DNA from: a virus
Taxonomy: Duplodnaviria; Caudoviricetes
Direction: 5' to 3' (one strand)
DNA length: 64,000 nucleotides
IMG/VR virus record: IMGVR_UViG_3300031606_000339
Location: 36,490-100,489 of that record
In this document: piece after piece, positions 1-8,789 of the stretch
How positions within the stretch are numbered: the stretch's first letter is position 1
Layout of the letters: every line of letters starts with the position of its first letter
Program-made: the position numbers and the translations under genes
Notes under the pieces: generated by a model
The model's database searches: none
What the model saw: the letters and a program-made list of their open reading frames with translations, nothing else
Told to the model about the DNA's origin: nothing

Positions 1-144
1 TCAGTTTGCGATTTTAAAATGGAAAAGAAACTGAACCTTAGCATTAGAAAGTGGGAGTGCCCGGAGTGTGGAACCACCCACGATAGAGACGAAAACGCCG
101 CAGACGTGATTAAAAAAGTTGCGCTCAGAGACTATACTGACTAG
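1..144 (+). CDS. tnpB: TnpB (IS200/IS605 OrfB-family RNA-guided nuclease), C-terminal part; gene starts before the window
   Basis: Frame +1 reads SVCDFKMEKKLNLSIRKWECPECGTTHDRDENAADVIKKVALRDTTD*, the TnpB zinc ribbon (CxxC...W.CP.CG) followed by the RuvC-III HDRD.NAA motif; missed by the ORF track. Confidence 0.85.
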   Translation, partial: SVCDFKMEKKLNLSIRKWECPECGTTHDRDENAADVIKKVALRDYTD

Positions 145-153
145 CTTATGCGC

Positions 154-501
154 ATGCCTACATACATCTTTGAACATCCCGAAAGCGGAGAAATTATAGA
201 AGTCATACAGAAAATTAAAGAACTCCACGCCTATATAGACGAAGAGGGCGTAAAATGGAACAGAGTTTTCACCGCTCCAAATACGAACGTAGACACTAAA
301 ATAGACCCCTTTTCACCAAAAGACTTTGCGGAAAAAACCAGAAACAAATCTCAAAACCTAGGAGACCTGTGGGACAGGTCGAAGGAGCTAAGCGAAAAGA
401 GAAAAAAAAGCTTGGGGCACGACCCCGTAGAAAAAGAATTTTTTAAAGACTACACTAAGAAAAGAAAAGGGATGAAGCACCCAAGGGACAAATCGAAATG
501 A
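154..501 (+). CDS. FmdB-like zinc-ribbon-family protein (cysteine-less variant)
   Basis: MPTYIFEHPESGE N-terminus and WNRVFTAP match the FmdB pattern MP.Y.Y.C..CG...R.FS.P; alternative start at 148. Confidence 0.6.
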   Translation: MPTYIFEHPESGEIIEVIQKIKELHAYIDEEGVKWNRVFTAPNTNVDTKIDPFSPKDFAEKTRNKSQNLGDLWDRSKELSEKRKKSLGHDPVEKEFFKDYTKKRKGMKHPRDKSK

Positions 502-1799
502 AGATATCAGTCTTTACTCCATGTCATAAACTAGACTTTCTCGTGCGAGCAGGCAAAAGCCTGCAGGAGCAAACTCACCAAGATTATGAGTGGGTAATCT
601 TGCTAAATGGCGAAGCGGCAGAACCCCAATCCCGACTGGGAGTGGCGAAAGAGGTTGGCAAGCTCCTCGAGGACAACGGAATGGAAGATGTCGCAAGCAA
701 AACTGTAGTAAAGCAATTCAGAGATTACTCTGGATACATTGGAAGGTTAAAGAAAATGTGTTGCGAGGCAGCTTCAGGAGAAGTAGTCGCCGAATTTGAC
801 CACGACGACGAACTAGAGCCAACCTGCCTAGAAGAGTTGGACAAAGCCTTCTCCGACGAATCAGTAGACTTCGCACACACCCATTGCTACCAATACCGAG
901 GAGAAAAAACCGAGACTCCCTACAACCCATACTGGGGGTGGAAATACAGAAAAGACGAAGAGACAGGCAGGAATATCACCCTATGCTTCGAGCCCCAACC
1001 AGCAAGCTTCGGCTACATATGGTATGCCCCGAACCACATAAGGGCTTGGAGAAGAAGCTTCTACAATAAAATTGGGGGACACGACGAAAACCTAGATGTT
1101 TGTGACGACCACGATATCCTGTGCAGGACCTATATACACGGGAAGGTCAAGCTCATAGACAAAGCCCTGTATAGATACCATGTAAATGAAGGGCAAAATA
1201 CTTGCTACGGAGAAAAAAATGCAAAGATTCAAGACCTGACGCGAGCGCTTCACGATAAATACATTGAAGACTTGGCAGCCAAATGGAGTGACATAAACAA
1301 TCTAAAAAAGCTGGACCTATGCTGTCACAGATTCAAAAAAGAAGGATGGCTTGGCGTAGACGCGTACGACTACCCAGAAGTGGACATCGTTTGCAATCTA
1401 GACGAAGCCCCTTGGCCGTTTGAGGACAACAGCGTGGGAGTCATAAGAATGCAGGACTCGCTAGAACACCTCAAGGACCCCATTCAGACCATGAAAGAAA
1501 TATACAGATGCCTAGCTCCCTACGGCTGGGCTCTGATTGAAGTTCCCAGCACAGACGGAAGAGGCGCGTTTCAGGACCCAACGCACGTCTCTTTCTGGAA
1601 CAGCAATAGCTTTTGGTACTACACAAAAGAACAACAGGCTCAATTTATTAACTCTCCAGTAAAATTTCAACTTAACAGAATATTAGACTACTACCCGTCA
1701 GACCATCACAAAGAGCACAAAATACTCTACACAAAAGCTCACCTGATGAAATTAGAAGAAGACAAATCAATCATTCCCCCGGGGGGCAGAGAAATTTAA
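498..1799 (+). CDS. GT2 glycosyltransferase fused to class I SAM-dependent methyltransferase
   Basis: ISVFTP, QTHQDYEWVIL, FDHDD (DxD), GGHD..L..CDDHD in the N-half; LDLCC...GVD...WPFEDNSV...LEHL...EIYRCL in the C-half. Confidence 0.8.
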   Translation: MKISVFTPCHKLDFLVRAGKSLQEQTHQDYEWVILLNGEAAEPQSRLGVAKEVGKLLEDNGMEDVASKTVVKQFRDYSGYIGRLKKMCCEAASGEVVAEFDHDDELEPTCLEELDKAFSDESVDFAHTHCYQYRGEKTETPYNPYWGWKYRKDEETGRNITLCFEPQPASFGYIWYAPNHIRAWRRSFYNKIGGHDENLDVCDDHDILCRTYIHGKVKLIDKALYRYHVNEGQNTCYGEKNAKIQDLTRALHDKYIEDLAAKWSDINNLKKLDLCCHRFKKEGWLGVDAYDYPEVDIVCNLDEAPWPFEDNSVGVIRMQDSLEHLKDPIQTMKEIYRCLAPYGWALIEVPSTDGRGAFQDPTHVSFWNSNSFWYYTKEQQAQFINSPVKFQLNRILDYYPSDHHKEHKILYTKAHLMKLEEDKSIIPPGGREI

Positions 1800-1804
1800 A
1801 CTAC

Positions 1805-4222
1805 ATGGACTATTCAAAACTTACAGTCAAGAAGAGGAACGGCAGAATTGCCAAGCTGGACATCAACAAAATCAACCTATGCGTGCAGCGTGCATGTCAC
1901 GGGCTAGAAAACGTGTCGGCTAGCGAAGTCGTAATAGACGCGAACGTCCAGCTGTATGACAAAATTCCCACGAAAGAGATAGATAAGGCTCTAATTATGT
2001 CCGCCAGAACCAAGATGGACAAAGAGCCGAACTATTCAAGGGTCGCGGCGAGACTCTTAACGGGCAACATACATAAAGAGGTTTTCGGCAGCAGTGTTGA
2101 TAAAGACGCATTCGCTCATCAGTACAAGTTATCTTTTATCAAAAACATAAAGCTCTTGGTTAACGAGGGTATACTATCTGAAAAGCTTTTAGAATATGAC
2201 CTAAAAAAACTAGCAGGAGTCCTTCAGATAGACAGAGACTCCAAGTTTAAATATCTAGGTCTGCAAATTTTATATGACAGATACCTGCACAAAATTGGTG
2301 ACCGCAGGCTTGAATCCCCCCAGTCCCTATGGATGAGGGTCGCAATGGGGCTGGCTCTGGACGAAGAGAACAAAGAAGAAAAGGCTATAGAATTTTATGA
2401 AGTGCTTTCGTCGTTTCGACTGTGCTGCTCTTCGCCTACCCTTTTTAATAGTGGGAGCGTTCGTAGTCAGCTTAGCTCTTGTTATCTTAATACTTTTGAA
2501 GATAGTATCGATGGTATCTTCGAGGGGGCGTGGCAAGAGGCTAGGAAATCTAAATATGCTGGGGGATTAGGCTTTGACGTTACGAACTTCAGGTCTGCCG
2601 GTTCTCACATCAAGGGCACCAATGGAACCTCTAGCGGTCTGGTGCCTTGGCTTAAAATCTATAACGACCTATTAGTGGCTGTTAATCAAGGAGGTAAGAG
2701 ACCCGGCGCGGGCTGTGCGTATATTGAAACTTGGCACTTGGATATCGAAGAGTTTTTAGAACTAAAGAAAAACACCGGAGATGAACGCCGAAGGTGTCAC
2801 GACCTAAACACGGCGAACTGGGTCCCTAACTTCTTCCTCGCCTGCGCCGAAAGAAATGAAGACTGGTACCTCTTTTCTCCCTCAGATGCAAAAGGTCTTC
2901 ACGAATTATACGGGAAAGAGTTTGAAAAAAAATACAAAGAGTATTGCCGCAAAGCGGACAATGGAGAAATTACCAATTTTAGAATCATAAAAGCCAAGAA
3001 ATTGTGGAAGAAAATGTTAAGGTCGCTGTTCGAAACGGGACACCCTTGGATTACATTCAAAGATAACGCGAACATCAGATACTCAAACAGTCATGAAGGA
3101 GTAATTCATAGCTCGAACCTATGCACAGAGATATTCCTGCACACTAAGCCATCGCGGTTTGAGGGGGGCGAGAAATCAGAGATTGGAGAGACAGCGGTGT
3201 GTAACCTAAGCTCCGTCAACCTGAAGGAACACATTAAAGACAACGGCAAGCTAGACTTTAAACTGCTGGCCAAAACGATTTCAACTCAAATGCGGATGCT
3301 AGACAACGTAATTGATTTGAACTTCTACCCCACTAAAGAAGCTGAAAAAGCCAACATGCTTCACAGACCGGTCGGCGCTGGCTCTATGGGCTGGGCTGAC
3401 GTCCTTCACTCTTATAAAATAGACTACTCTTCTGACGAAGCAGTTAAGTTCTCAGACGAACTATATGAATTCATATCGTACCACTGTCTGCTAAACTCTA
3501 GCAAGTTAGCTAAAGAACGCGGAAAATACGAAACATACGAAGGCTCGCTGTGGTCTGAAAACATTCTACCAATTGATTCGTATAAATATCTTATGGACTA
3601 TTTAGATTCTAAGCCTATCCTCCATAGGGGAAAAAAGTATGCGCCCGAACTGGATTGGAAAAACGTTAGAAGCCACATACGAGACAGCGGCATGCGTAAT
3701 AGTAACACTATGGCTATTGCTCCTACTGCTACTATATCTTACATTCAAGGTTGCTCTCCTTCTATTGAGCCCGATTTTTCTACTTTTTTCGTCTACGAAA
3801 ATAAATCGGGGAATCTTTTTATAACTAGCGAGTGGTTTGTGGACGAATGTAGGCAGATGGGGCTTTGGAACACAGGTCTAAGCGAGGCGTTAAAGGCTGT
3901 AGACGGAGACGTAAGCAAGCTAGACCTCCCGCAAGAACTAAAAGATAGGTACAGGACCGCCTTTGACCAAGACCAATTTAAATTAATAGATTGTGCCTCG
4001 GTCAGGCAAAAGTGGATTGACATGGGGCAATCGTTGAACCTATTTAATAACGCTAGCTCGTTAAAGTACTTGAATGATTTATATATCCATGCTAAAAACA
4101 GAGGACTTAAAAGCACGTACTACTTAAGAAACAAAAGCGCAAGCGAAATTGAGAAATCCACCGAACCGAACGATGCAGAAGCCTGCTCAATCTTAGACCC
4201 CACATGTGAAAGCTGCCAATAA
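1805..4222 (+). CDS. nrdA: Ribonucleoside-diphosphate reductase alpha subunit (class I, N-terminal ATP cone)
   Basis: VKKRNG ATP cone, SPTLFN, LSSCY, SNLCTEI, VCNL, IAPTATIS, KSTYYLR, C-terminal CSILDPTCESCQ. Confidence 0.97.
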   Translation: MDYSKLTVKKRNGRIAKLDINKINLCVQRACHGLENVSASEVVIDANVQLYDKIPTKEIDKALIMSARTKMDKEPNYSRVAARLLTGNIHKEVFGSSVDKDAFAHQYKLSFIKNIKLLVNEGILSEKLLEYDLKKLAGVLQIDRDSKFKYLGLQILYDRYLHKIGDRRLESPQSLWMRVAMGLALDEENKEEKAIEFYEVLSSFRLCCSSPTLFNSGSVRSQLSSCYLNTFEDSIDGIFEGAWQEARKSKYAGGLGFDVTNFRSAGSHIKGTNGTSSGLVPWLKIYNDLLVAVNQGGKRPGAGCAYIETWHLDIEEFLELKKNTGDERRRCHDLNTANWVPNFFLACAERNEDWYLFSPSDAKGLHELYGKEFEKKYKEYCRKADNGEITNFRIIKAKKLWKKMLRSLFETGHPWITFKDNANIRYSNSHEGVIHSSNLCTEIFLHTKPSRFEGGEKSEIGETAVCNLSSVNLKEHIKDNGKLDFKLLAKTISTQMRMLDNVIDLNFYPTKEAEKANMLHRPVGAGSMGWADVLHSYKIDYSSDEAVKFSDELYEFISYHCLLNSSKLAKERGKYETYEGSLWSENILPIDSYKYLMDYLDSKPILHRGKKYAPELDWKNVRSHIRDSGMRNSNTMAIAPTATISYIQGCSPSIEPDFSTFFVYENKSGNLFITSEWFVDECRQMGLWNTGLSEALKAVDGDVSKLDLPQELKDRYRTAFDQDQFKLIDCASVRQKWIDMGQSLNLFNNASSLKYLNDLYIHAKNRGLKSTYYLRNKSASEIEKSTEPNDAEACSILDPTCESCQ

Positions 4223-5229
4223 TGAAAGACGGATTAATACTCGGAGAAGAAATAGCGGGAGTAAACCAAATCCTGCCCCACAAGCACCCCTTTGTTTGGG
4301 ACCTGTTCCTAAAAGGCGTGGCAAACAATTGGTCGCCATCAGAGGTGAACATGAACGACGATGTAGACCAGTGGAAAAATGGCTCACTAACGCCCGACGA
4401 AAAACTACTAGTAAAAAGATGCCTAGGCTTTTTTGCTGGAAGCGAGTCTTTAGTGGGAAACAACTTGCTGCTTACCGTGGCGAGGTGGGTGACAGACCCA
4501 GAGTGTAGACAGTATATTTTAAGACAGGCATACGAGGAATCGTTACATAACTGGACAGTTGTCACCTGCTGCGACTCCTTCTCGCTAAAGGTTAGCGACG
4601 TTTACGAAGCCTACCTCAACGTGCCCTCAATCAAAGCTAAAGATGATTTTTTGATAGAAATAACAGCGGACGTTAGCAAGCAAGACTTTACCACGAGAAC
4701 CGCCGAAGGCAAAAAAGAATTCTTAAGAAACCTCGTCACCTACTACATAGTTTGTGAGGGGATATTTTTCTTTAGCGGCTTCGCCATGCTGCTAGCTCTA
4801 GGCAGGCAGAACAAGCTTCCCGGGCTGTCTGACCAAATTAGATACACGTTAAGAGATGAAAGCCTTCACATACAGTTCGGAACATATTTAATCAACTCAA
4901 TCAAGGAACAGCATCCGTCCATATGGACGAAAAAATTCGAAGAAGAAACTGTTAAACACATCAAAAAGGCAGTAGAGTTGGAAATCTCCTACGCTCACGA
5001 CGTGCTCCCTAGGGGCATACTCGGGTTGAACGCTGACATGTTTATAAACTATATGCAATTCATAGGTAACAGAAGGCTTGAGGGAATTGGGATTGACTTT
5101 CGCTTTGAAAGCGACGAGAATCCATTCCCTTGGCTATCCGAGGTCGTGGACACCCGCGCTATGACGAACTTTTTTGAAAGAAAGGTTAAGGACTACCAGC
5201 AGTCCGGCTCCTTGGTAGACGATTTTTGA
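4222..5229 (+). CDS. nrdB: Ribonucleotide reductase beta subunit, class Ic-like (no radical Tyr)
   Basis: NNWSPSE, FFAGSES, EESLH, VCEGIFFFSGF, RDESLH, NFFERKVKDYQ; overlaps the nrdA stop. Confidence 0.95.
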   Translation: MKDGLILGEEIAGVNQILPHKHPFVWDLFLKGVANNWSPSEVNMNDDVDQWKNGSLTPDEKLLVKRCLGFFAGSESLVGNNLLLTVARWVTDPECRQYILRQAYEESLHNWTVVTCCDSFSLKVSDVYEAYLNVPSIKAKDDFLIEITADVSKQDFTTRTAEGKKEFLRNLVTYYIVCEGIFFFSGFAMLLALGRQNKLPGLSDQIRYTLRDESLHIQFGTYLINSIKEQHPSIWTKKFEEETVKHIKKAVELEISYAHDVLPRGILGLNADMFINYMQFIGNRRLEGIGIDFRFESDENPFPWLSEVVDTRAMTNFFERKVKDYQQSGSLVDDF

Positions 5230-5237
5230 GAATAGAC

Positions 5238-5435
5238 ATGAAAACACTAGTAACACTAACTGTAGGGACGCTGCTTTTCGCGGCGTCAGGTTGTTCGAGT
5301 ACAATGACAATTGGACCTAACGCCAATAAAGATGGCTACCTAGGTGCATCAGCTTCCACAACGGGAGTCAGTGTCACCGTTCCATTCGTTAAGGCTGAAT
5401 CAGCCGTAACGGAAACGACCAAGAAAAAGAAGTAG
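5238..5435 (+). CDS. Small lipoprotein
   Basis: MKTLVTLTVGTLLFAASG|C lipobox signal, beta-rich Ser/Thr body, KKKK tail. Confidence 0.7.
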   Translation: MKTLVTLTVGTLLFAASGCSSTMTIGPNANKDGYLGASASTTGVSVTVPFVKAESAVTETTKKKK

Positions 5436-5458
5436 GCACCCCCTAATTCCACACTCAC

Positions 5459-5492
5459 CCCTAGAACTGAGTCAGTTCTGGGGTTTTTTTTT
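5459..5492 (+). terminator. Rho-independent terminator after the nrdAB-lipoprotein operon
   Basis: CCCTAGAACTG-AGT-CAGTTCTGGGG 11-bp stem (one G:U) followed by 9 T. Confidence 0.85.
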
Positions 5493-5522
5493 GAGTAAAT
5501 AAATAGTAATAAATATTAAAAA

Positions 5523-5756
5523 TTATCCGTCTTTTATTTTCCTTTTCTGCCTGCCCAGAAAGCCTTCGGTTATTTTGAAGACTTCCCCGCATTTCTCGCA
5601 CTTCATCGACACCTTACATTCATAGTTGTCCTCCCTGCATTCTTTGTCTTTACCAAAAAATGTTTTTTTATGACCGCACTGACTTTCCTTTACTTTCTCA
5701 GAATATAAGCGAGACTCTAAGCTCGGCGGGCAGTATGGGCATGCATAAAAATACAT
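5523..5756 (-). CDS. Small Cys-rich zinc-finger-like protein
   Basis: CPYC and CEKC plus further Cys; fills the gap; ATG at 5756 lies 11 nt after an AAGTGTA motif. Confidence 0.6.
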   Translation of the reverse strand: MYFYACPYCPPSLESRLYSEKVKESQCGHKKTFFGKDKECREDNYECKVSMKCEKCGEVFKITEGFLGRQKRKIKDG

Positions 5757-5767
5757 ATACAATAAAT

Positions 5768-5793
5768 TACACTTCTTTAAGAAACAAAGTGTA
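5768..5793. promoter_or_regulatory. Back-to-back AAGTGTA motifs (putative phage-specific promoters) for divergent genes
   Basis: TACACTT at 5768-5774 (minus strand) and AAGTGTA at 5787-5793 (plus strand), 11 and 12 nt upstream of ATGs; third copy at 55401-55407. Confidence 0.5.
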
Positions 5794-5805
5794 TTTAAAA
5801 GAGAG

Positions 5806-6090
5806 ATGGACTACCAAATATTAGTTAATATATCTGTTGGCATTGTCACCCTCATGGGTGGATGGGTCTTTAAAATGATTCTCGGTCACGTTAATGAAAT
5901 CAAGTCTGAACACCACGACTTAATGATTAAGCATCACGACGACATAGATAAAATCAAAGAAAAATACACCGACCTCGCTCTCTCCCTTCCCGAGAAGTAT
6001 GTCTCAAAAGAAGACTTCAAGATGTTCTCAGATAGAATGAACGACAGGTTTGACAGGCTAGAAGAGAAGATAGATAGCCTCAAAAACTAA
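5806..6090 (+). CDS. Small membrane-anchored coiled-coil protein (holin/XhlA-like architecture)
   Basis: N-terminal hydrophobic helix ILVNISVGIVTLMGGWVF; heptad tail YVSKEDF...RFDRLEEKID. Confidence 0.6.
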   Translation: MDYQILVNISVGIVTLMGGWVFKMILGHVNEIKSEHHDLMIKHHDDIDKIKEKYTDLALSLPEKYVSKEDFKMFSDRMNDRFDRLEEKIDSLKN

Positions 6091-6091
6091 A

Positions 6092-6120
6092 TTGACTTGC
6101 TCATTCATTACTGGTAGCAT
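6092..6120 (+). promoter_or_regulatory. Sigma70-type promoter, leaderless-type
   Basis: TTGACT-17-TAGCAT with extended TG; ATG 7 nt downstream (6128). Confidence 0.7.
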
Positions 6121-6127
6121 CTAATTG

Positions 6128-6973
6128 ATGCGCTATATACTTGCTAGTGATTTTTTTATAGATGATTTTATTGGAGGTGCCGCTCTAAATGATGAAGAGA
6201 TATATAAAGTCTTCAAAAATAAGGGCGAAGATATAGAAAAAATCAAAACCTCAAACATCACCGAGGAGTTTCTAGAGAAAGAAAAGGACTCCTTCTTCAT
6301 AGTCTCAAACTTTTTTCACCTATCTACAGAAGCCAGAGAGAAGCTATCAAGCCTTAAGTATCTTATCTATGCTCACGACTACAAGTTCGTGAAGCACACA
6401 AACCCCGCTGCTTACGACGACTTCAAGGTGCCGGAAGTCGACATAATTAATAAAGACTTCCACGAAAAAGCGGTAGTCATTATGTGCCAGAGCTCCCTGC
6501 AGCAAAAGATATACAACCTGAACCTAGACGTGGAAGACTCTACCGTAAACGTCTCCGGTAACCTTTGGTCAGATGAAGACTTTGAGGTTCTAGAAGAGAT
6601 GGAAAAGGTAAAAGAAAAAAAGCAGATGTGCTCTGTAATAAAGTCTCACTACTGGCAGAAAGGGGTGCCGGAAGCTATAAAAATTTGCATAGAAAAACAA
6701 TTCAACTACGACCTGATACACGACGACGATTACCACCAATTCCTTCGTAAGCTTGGCTTGAACGCAGCGCTTATGTTCTACCCGTTAACCCCAGAAACCC
6801 TCTGTAGGGCTGTCGCAGAAGCTAGAATGATGAACGTAAAAGTAATCACCAGCAACATGGTCGGCGCGACACACGAAAAATGGTTCGACGATATTAAAGG
6901 GAAAGAACTGATAGACTACATGAAAGATCGCAGGGACTACGTTTACTCTAGGATCAAATTATCCTCAAGCTAA
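6128..6973 (+). CDS. GT-B fold glycosyltransferase (GT4-like)
   Basis: IGGA.LN, YAHDY, QKG, PETLCRAVAEARMMNVKVITS (E-x7-E-like motif). Confidence 0.65.
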   Translation: MRYILASDFFIDDFIGGAALNDEEIYKVFKNKGEDIEKIKTSNITEEFLEKEKDSFFIVSNFFHLSTEAREKLSSLKYLIYAHDYKFVKHTNPAAYDDFKVPEVDIINKDFHEKAVVIMCQSSLQQKIYNLNLDVEDSTVNVSGNLWSDEDFEVLEEMEKVKEKKQMCSVIKSHYWQKGVPEAIKICIEKQFNYDLIHDDDYHQFLRKLGLNAALMFYPLTPETLCRAVAEARMMNVKVITSNMVGATHEKWFDDIKGKELIDYMKDRRDYVYSRIKLSSS

Positions 6974-6976
6974 CAA

Positions 6977-7765
6977 ATGAAATACTCCATAGGCATAGTA
7001 ACATACAGCAAGCGCTTTCACGCATTCTTCGAGCCCTTAGTTGACTCAATTAAAGAGCTCAAGCCCGACATTGATATCGTCGTTGCTGTGAACGGCGACT
7101 GCAAGAAAGAGTTCGACGAGACCTACAGGCAAAAAATGTTGTCTTTCTGCGCTAGTCACAAAAGAATATTCCCGATGTTTTTCACAGACCACAGGTCTTT
7201 AGCGAAGATGTGGAATAACACTATCCTCAACTGTCCGACGGAGAATATCCTGTTATTAAATGATGACGTTTATCTAACTGAAGAGTTCTGGCCGATTCTT
7301 GAAGCCTCAATTGAGCGACAAGAAAAAATGCCATTGAAATCTTTTAAAATAAACTCAAGCTGGAGCCACGTTTTTCTGAACAGGGAAGAGGTTTACGAGA
7401 ATCACTGGTTTGACGAAAGACTGCTGGGCGTAGGGTCAGAAGACGGAGACTTTGAGTGGAGGATGCTAAAGAGCAGGGGGCTGGACCAGTTTCCGGACTA
7501 CCTGATAATGAAAGGGATCATAAACCGCACGAAACAAACGGCCGACTCCACGCTCGCGCAAAAAAAAGCCAGACTCATAAACCACAAATATTTCCACATC
7601 AACAGGGAAGTAATGCACGAAGTAAAATATAAACCAAGTCCTGAATCTCCACCAAGGGGCATACTAAAACTATCTAAGTACGGAACAAGGGTTGAGGAAA
7701 AGGATCCCTGCAAGCAACAGTACCCGTACGAAAAGTTTTACTGGGAAAATAAAAAAAACATATGA
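6977..7765 (+). CDS. GT2-like glycosyltransferase
   Basis: SIGIVTY, WN...ILLLNDD, WFDERLLGVGSEDGDF. Confidence 0.75.
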   Translation: MKYSIGIVTYSKRFHAFFEPLVDSIKELKPDIDIVVAVNGDCKKEFDETYRQKMLSFCASHKRIFPMFFTDHRSLAKMWNNTILNCPTENILLLNDDVYLTEEFWPILEASIERQEKMPLKSFKINSSWSHVFLNREEVYENHWFDERLLGVGSEDGDFEWRMLKSRGLDQFPDYLIMKGIINRTKQTADSTLAQKKARLINHKYFHINREVMHEVKYKPSPESPPRGILKLSKYGTRVEEKDPCKQQYPYEKFYWENKKNI

Positions 7766-8787
7766 AAAAAGAAGTACTGATTACTGGCGTAGCGGGACTG
7801 ATTGGAGCTAACTTTGCCGATTGGATCTTAAAGAACAGACCAGAGATCGGCGTCGTCGGGGTAGACGATCTAAGCGGAGGATACGAAAGCAACGTAGACG
7901 AAAGAGTTAAGTTTTATAAGCGTAACCTAATCCACGATTCAGTTTCAGATATCCTCGAGAAGCACAACATCGCTTACGTTTTTCATTTTGCAGCTTATGC
8001 GGCTGAGGGACTTAGCCCCTTCATGAGGAAATACAACTACCTTAACAACACGGTAGCTACAGCTAATATAATAAATAACTGTATAAACCACAAAGTAGAG
8101 AGACTAGTCTTCACCTCCACGATGGCTGTATATGGACACGCAGGAATGAGCTCCAGAGATGGCCAACTTACAACTTCCTTCTCGGAGCACCAGACCCCAG
8201 AGCCCATTGATCCATATGGCATAGCGAAATACGCATGCGAGATGGACATCAATGTCGCCGGCAAACAGCACGGATTAGACTATTGCATAATTAGACCCCA
8301 CAACGTCTACGGCAAAAAGCAAAACATCTGGGACAGGTACAGAAATGTTTTGGGAATTTGGATGTACCAACACCTACACGGACAACCATTCAGCATCTTC
8401 GGAGACGGAGAGCAGAAAAGAGCCTTCAGCTGTATAGATGATTCGTTGCATTGCCTATGGACCGCGGCGGTTTCCCCGGGGTGCTCAAAGGAAATCATTA
8501 ACCTAGGAGGAACAAAAGAATACACCATCAACCAAGCGTCGAAAATACTCATGAAAGTTATTGAGAGCGGAGACGTAAGGTACCATGAAAAAAGGCACGA
8601 AGTTAAAAACGCGTGGGCTTCTTTCGAGAAGTCAGTAAGGCTACTGAACTACAAGAACAATACCCCGCTCGAGAAGGGCTTAAGAGACATGTGGAAGTGG
8701 GCACAGGTTCAACCTGATAGACCAAGGCAGTCTTGGGACGAGTATGAAGTCGAAGAAAAAATATACGACTTCTGGAAGAATAAATAA
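7762..8787 (+). CDS. NAD-dependent nucleotide-sugar epimerase/dehydratase (GalE-like SDR)
   Basis: TGVAGLIG, DDLSGG, HFAA, TSTMAVYG, YGIAK (YxxxK), RPHNVYG. Confidence 0.92.
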   Translation: MKKEVLITGVAGLIGANFADWILKNRPEIGVVGVDDLSGGYESNVDERVKFYKRNLIHDSVSDILEKHNIAYVFHFAAYAAEGLSPFMRKYNYLNNTVATANIINNCINHKVERLVFTSTMAVYGHAGMSSRDGQLTTSFSEHQTPEPIDPYGIAKYACEMDINVAGKQHGLDYCIIRPHNVYGKKQNIWDRYRNVLGIWMYQHLHGQPFSIFGDGEQKRAFSCIDDSLHCLWTAAVSPGCSKEIINLGGTKEYTINQASKILMKVIESGDVRYHEKRHEVKNAWASFEKSVRLLNYKNNTPLEKGLRDMWKWAQVQPDRPRQSWDEYEVEEKIYDFWKNK

Positions 8788-8789
8788 AG

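Noticed and set aside
142-150. TAG in frame with the next ORF, suggesting amber recoding or a TnpB fusion
   Set aside because: TAG ends other genes cleanly (5433-5435 before a terminator, 16330-16332, 36162-36164), and long genes are intact under the standard code
1-228. 75-aa minus-strand ORF in the track
   Set aside because: It is the shadow of the plus-strand TnpB end and FmdB-like gene, which carry recognisable motifs
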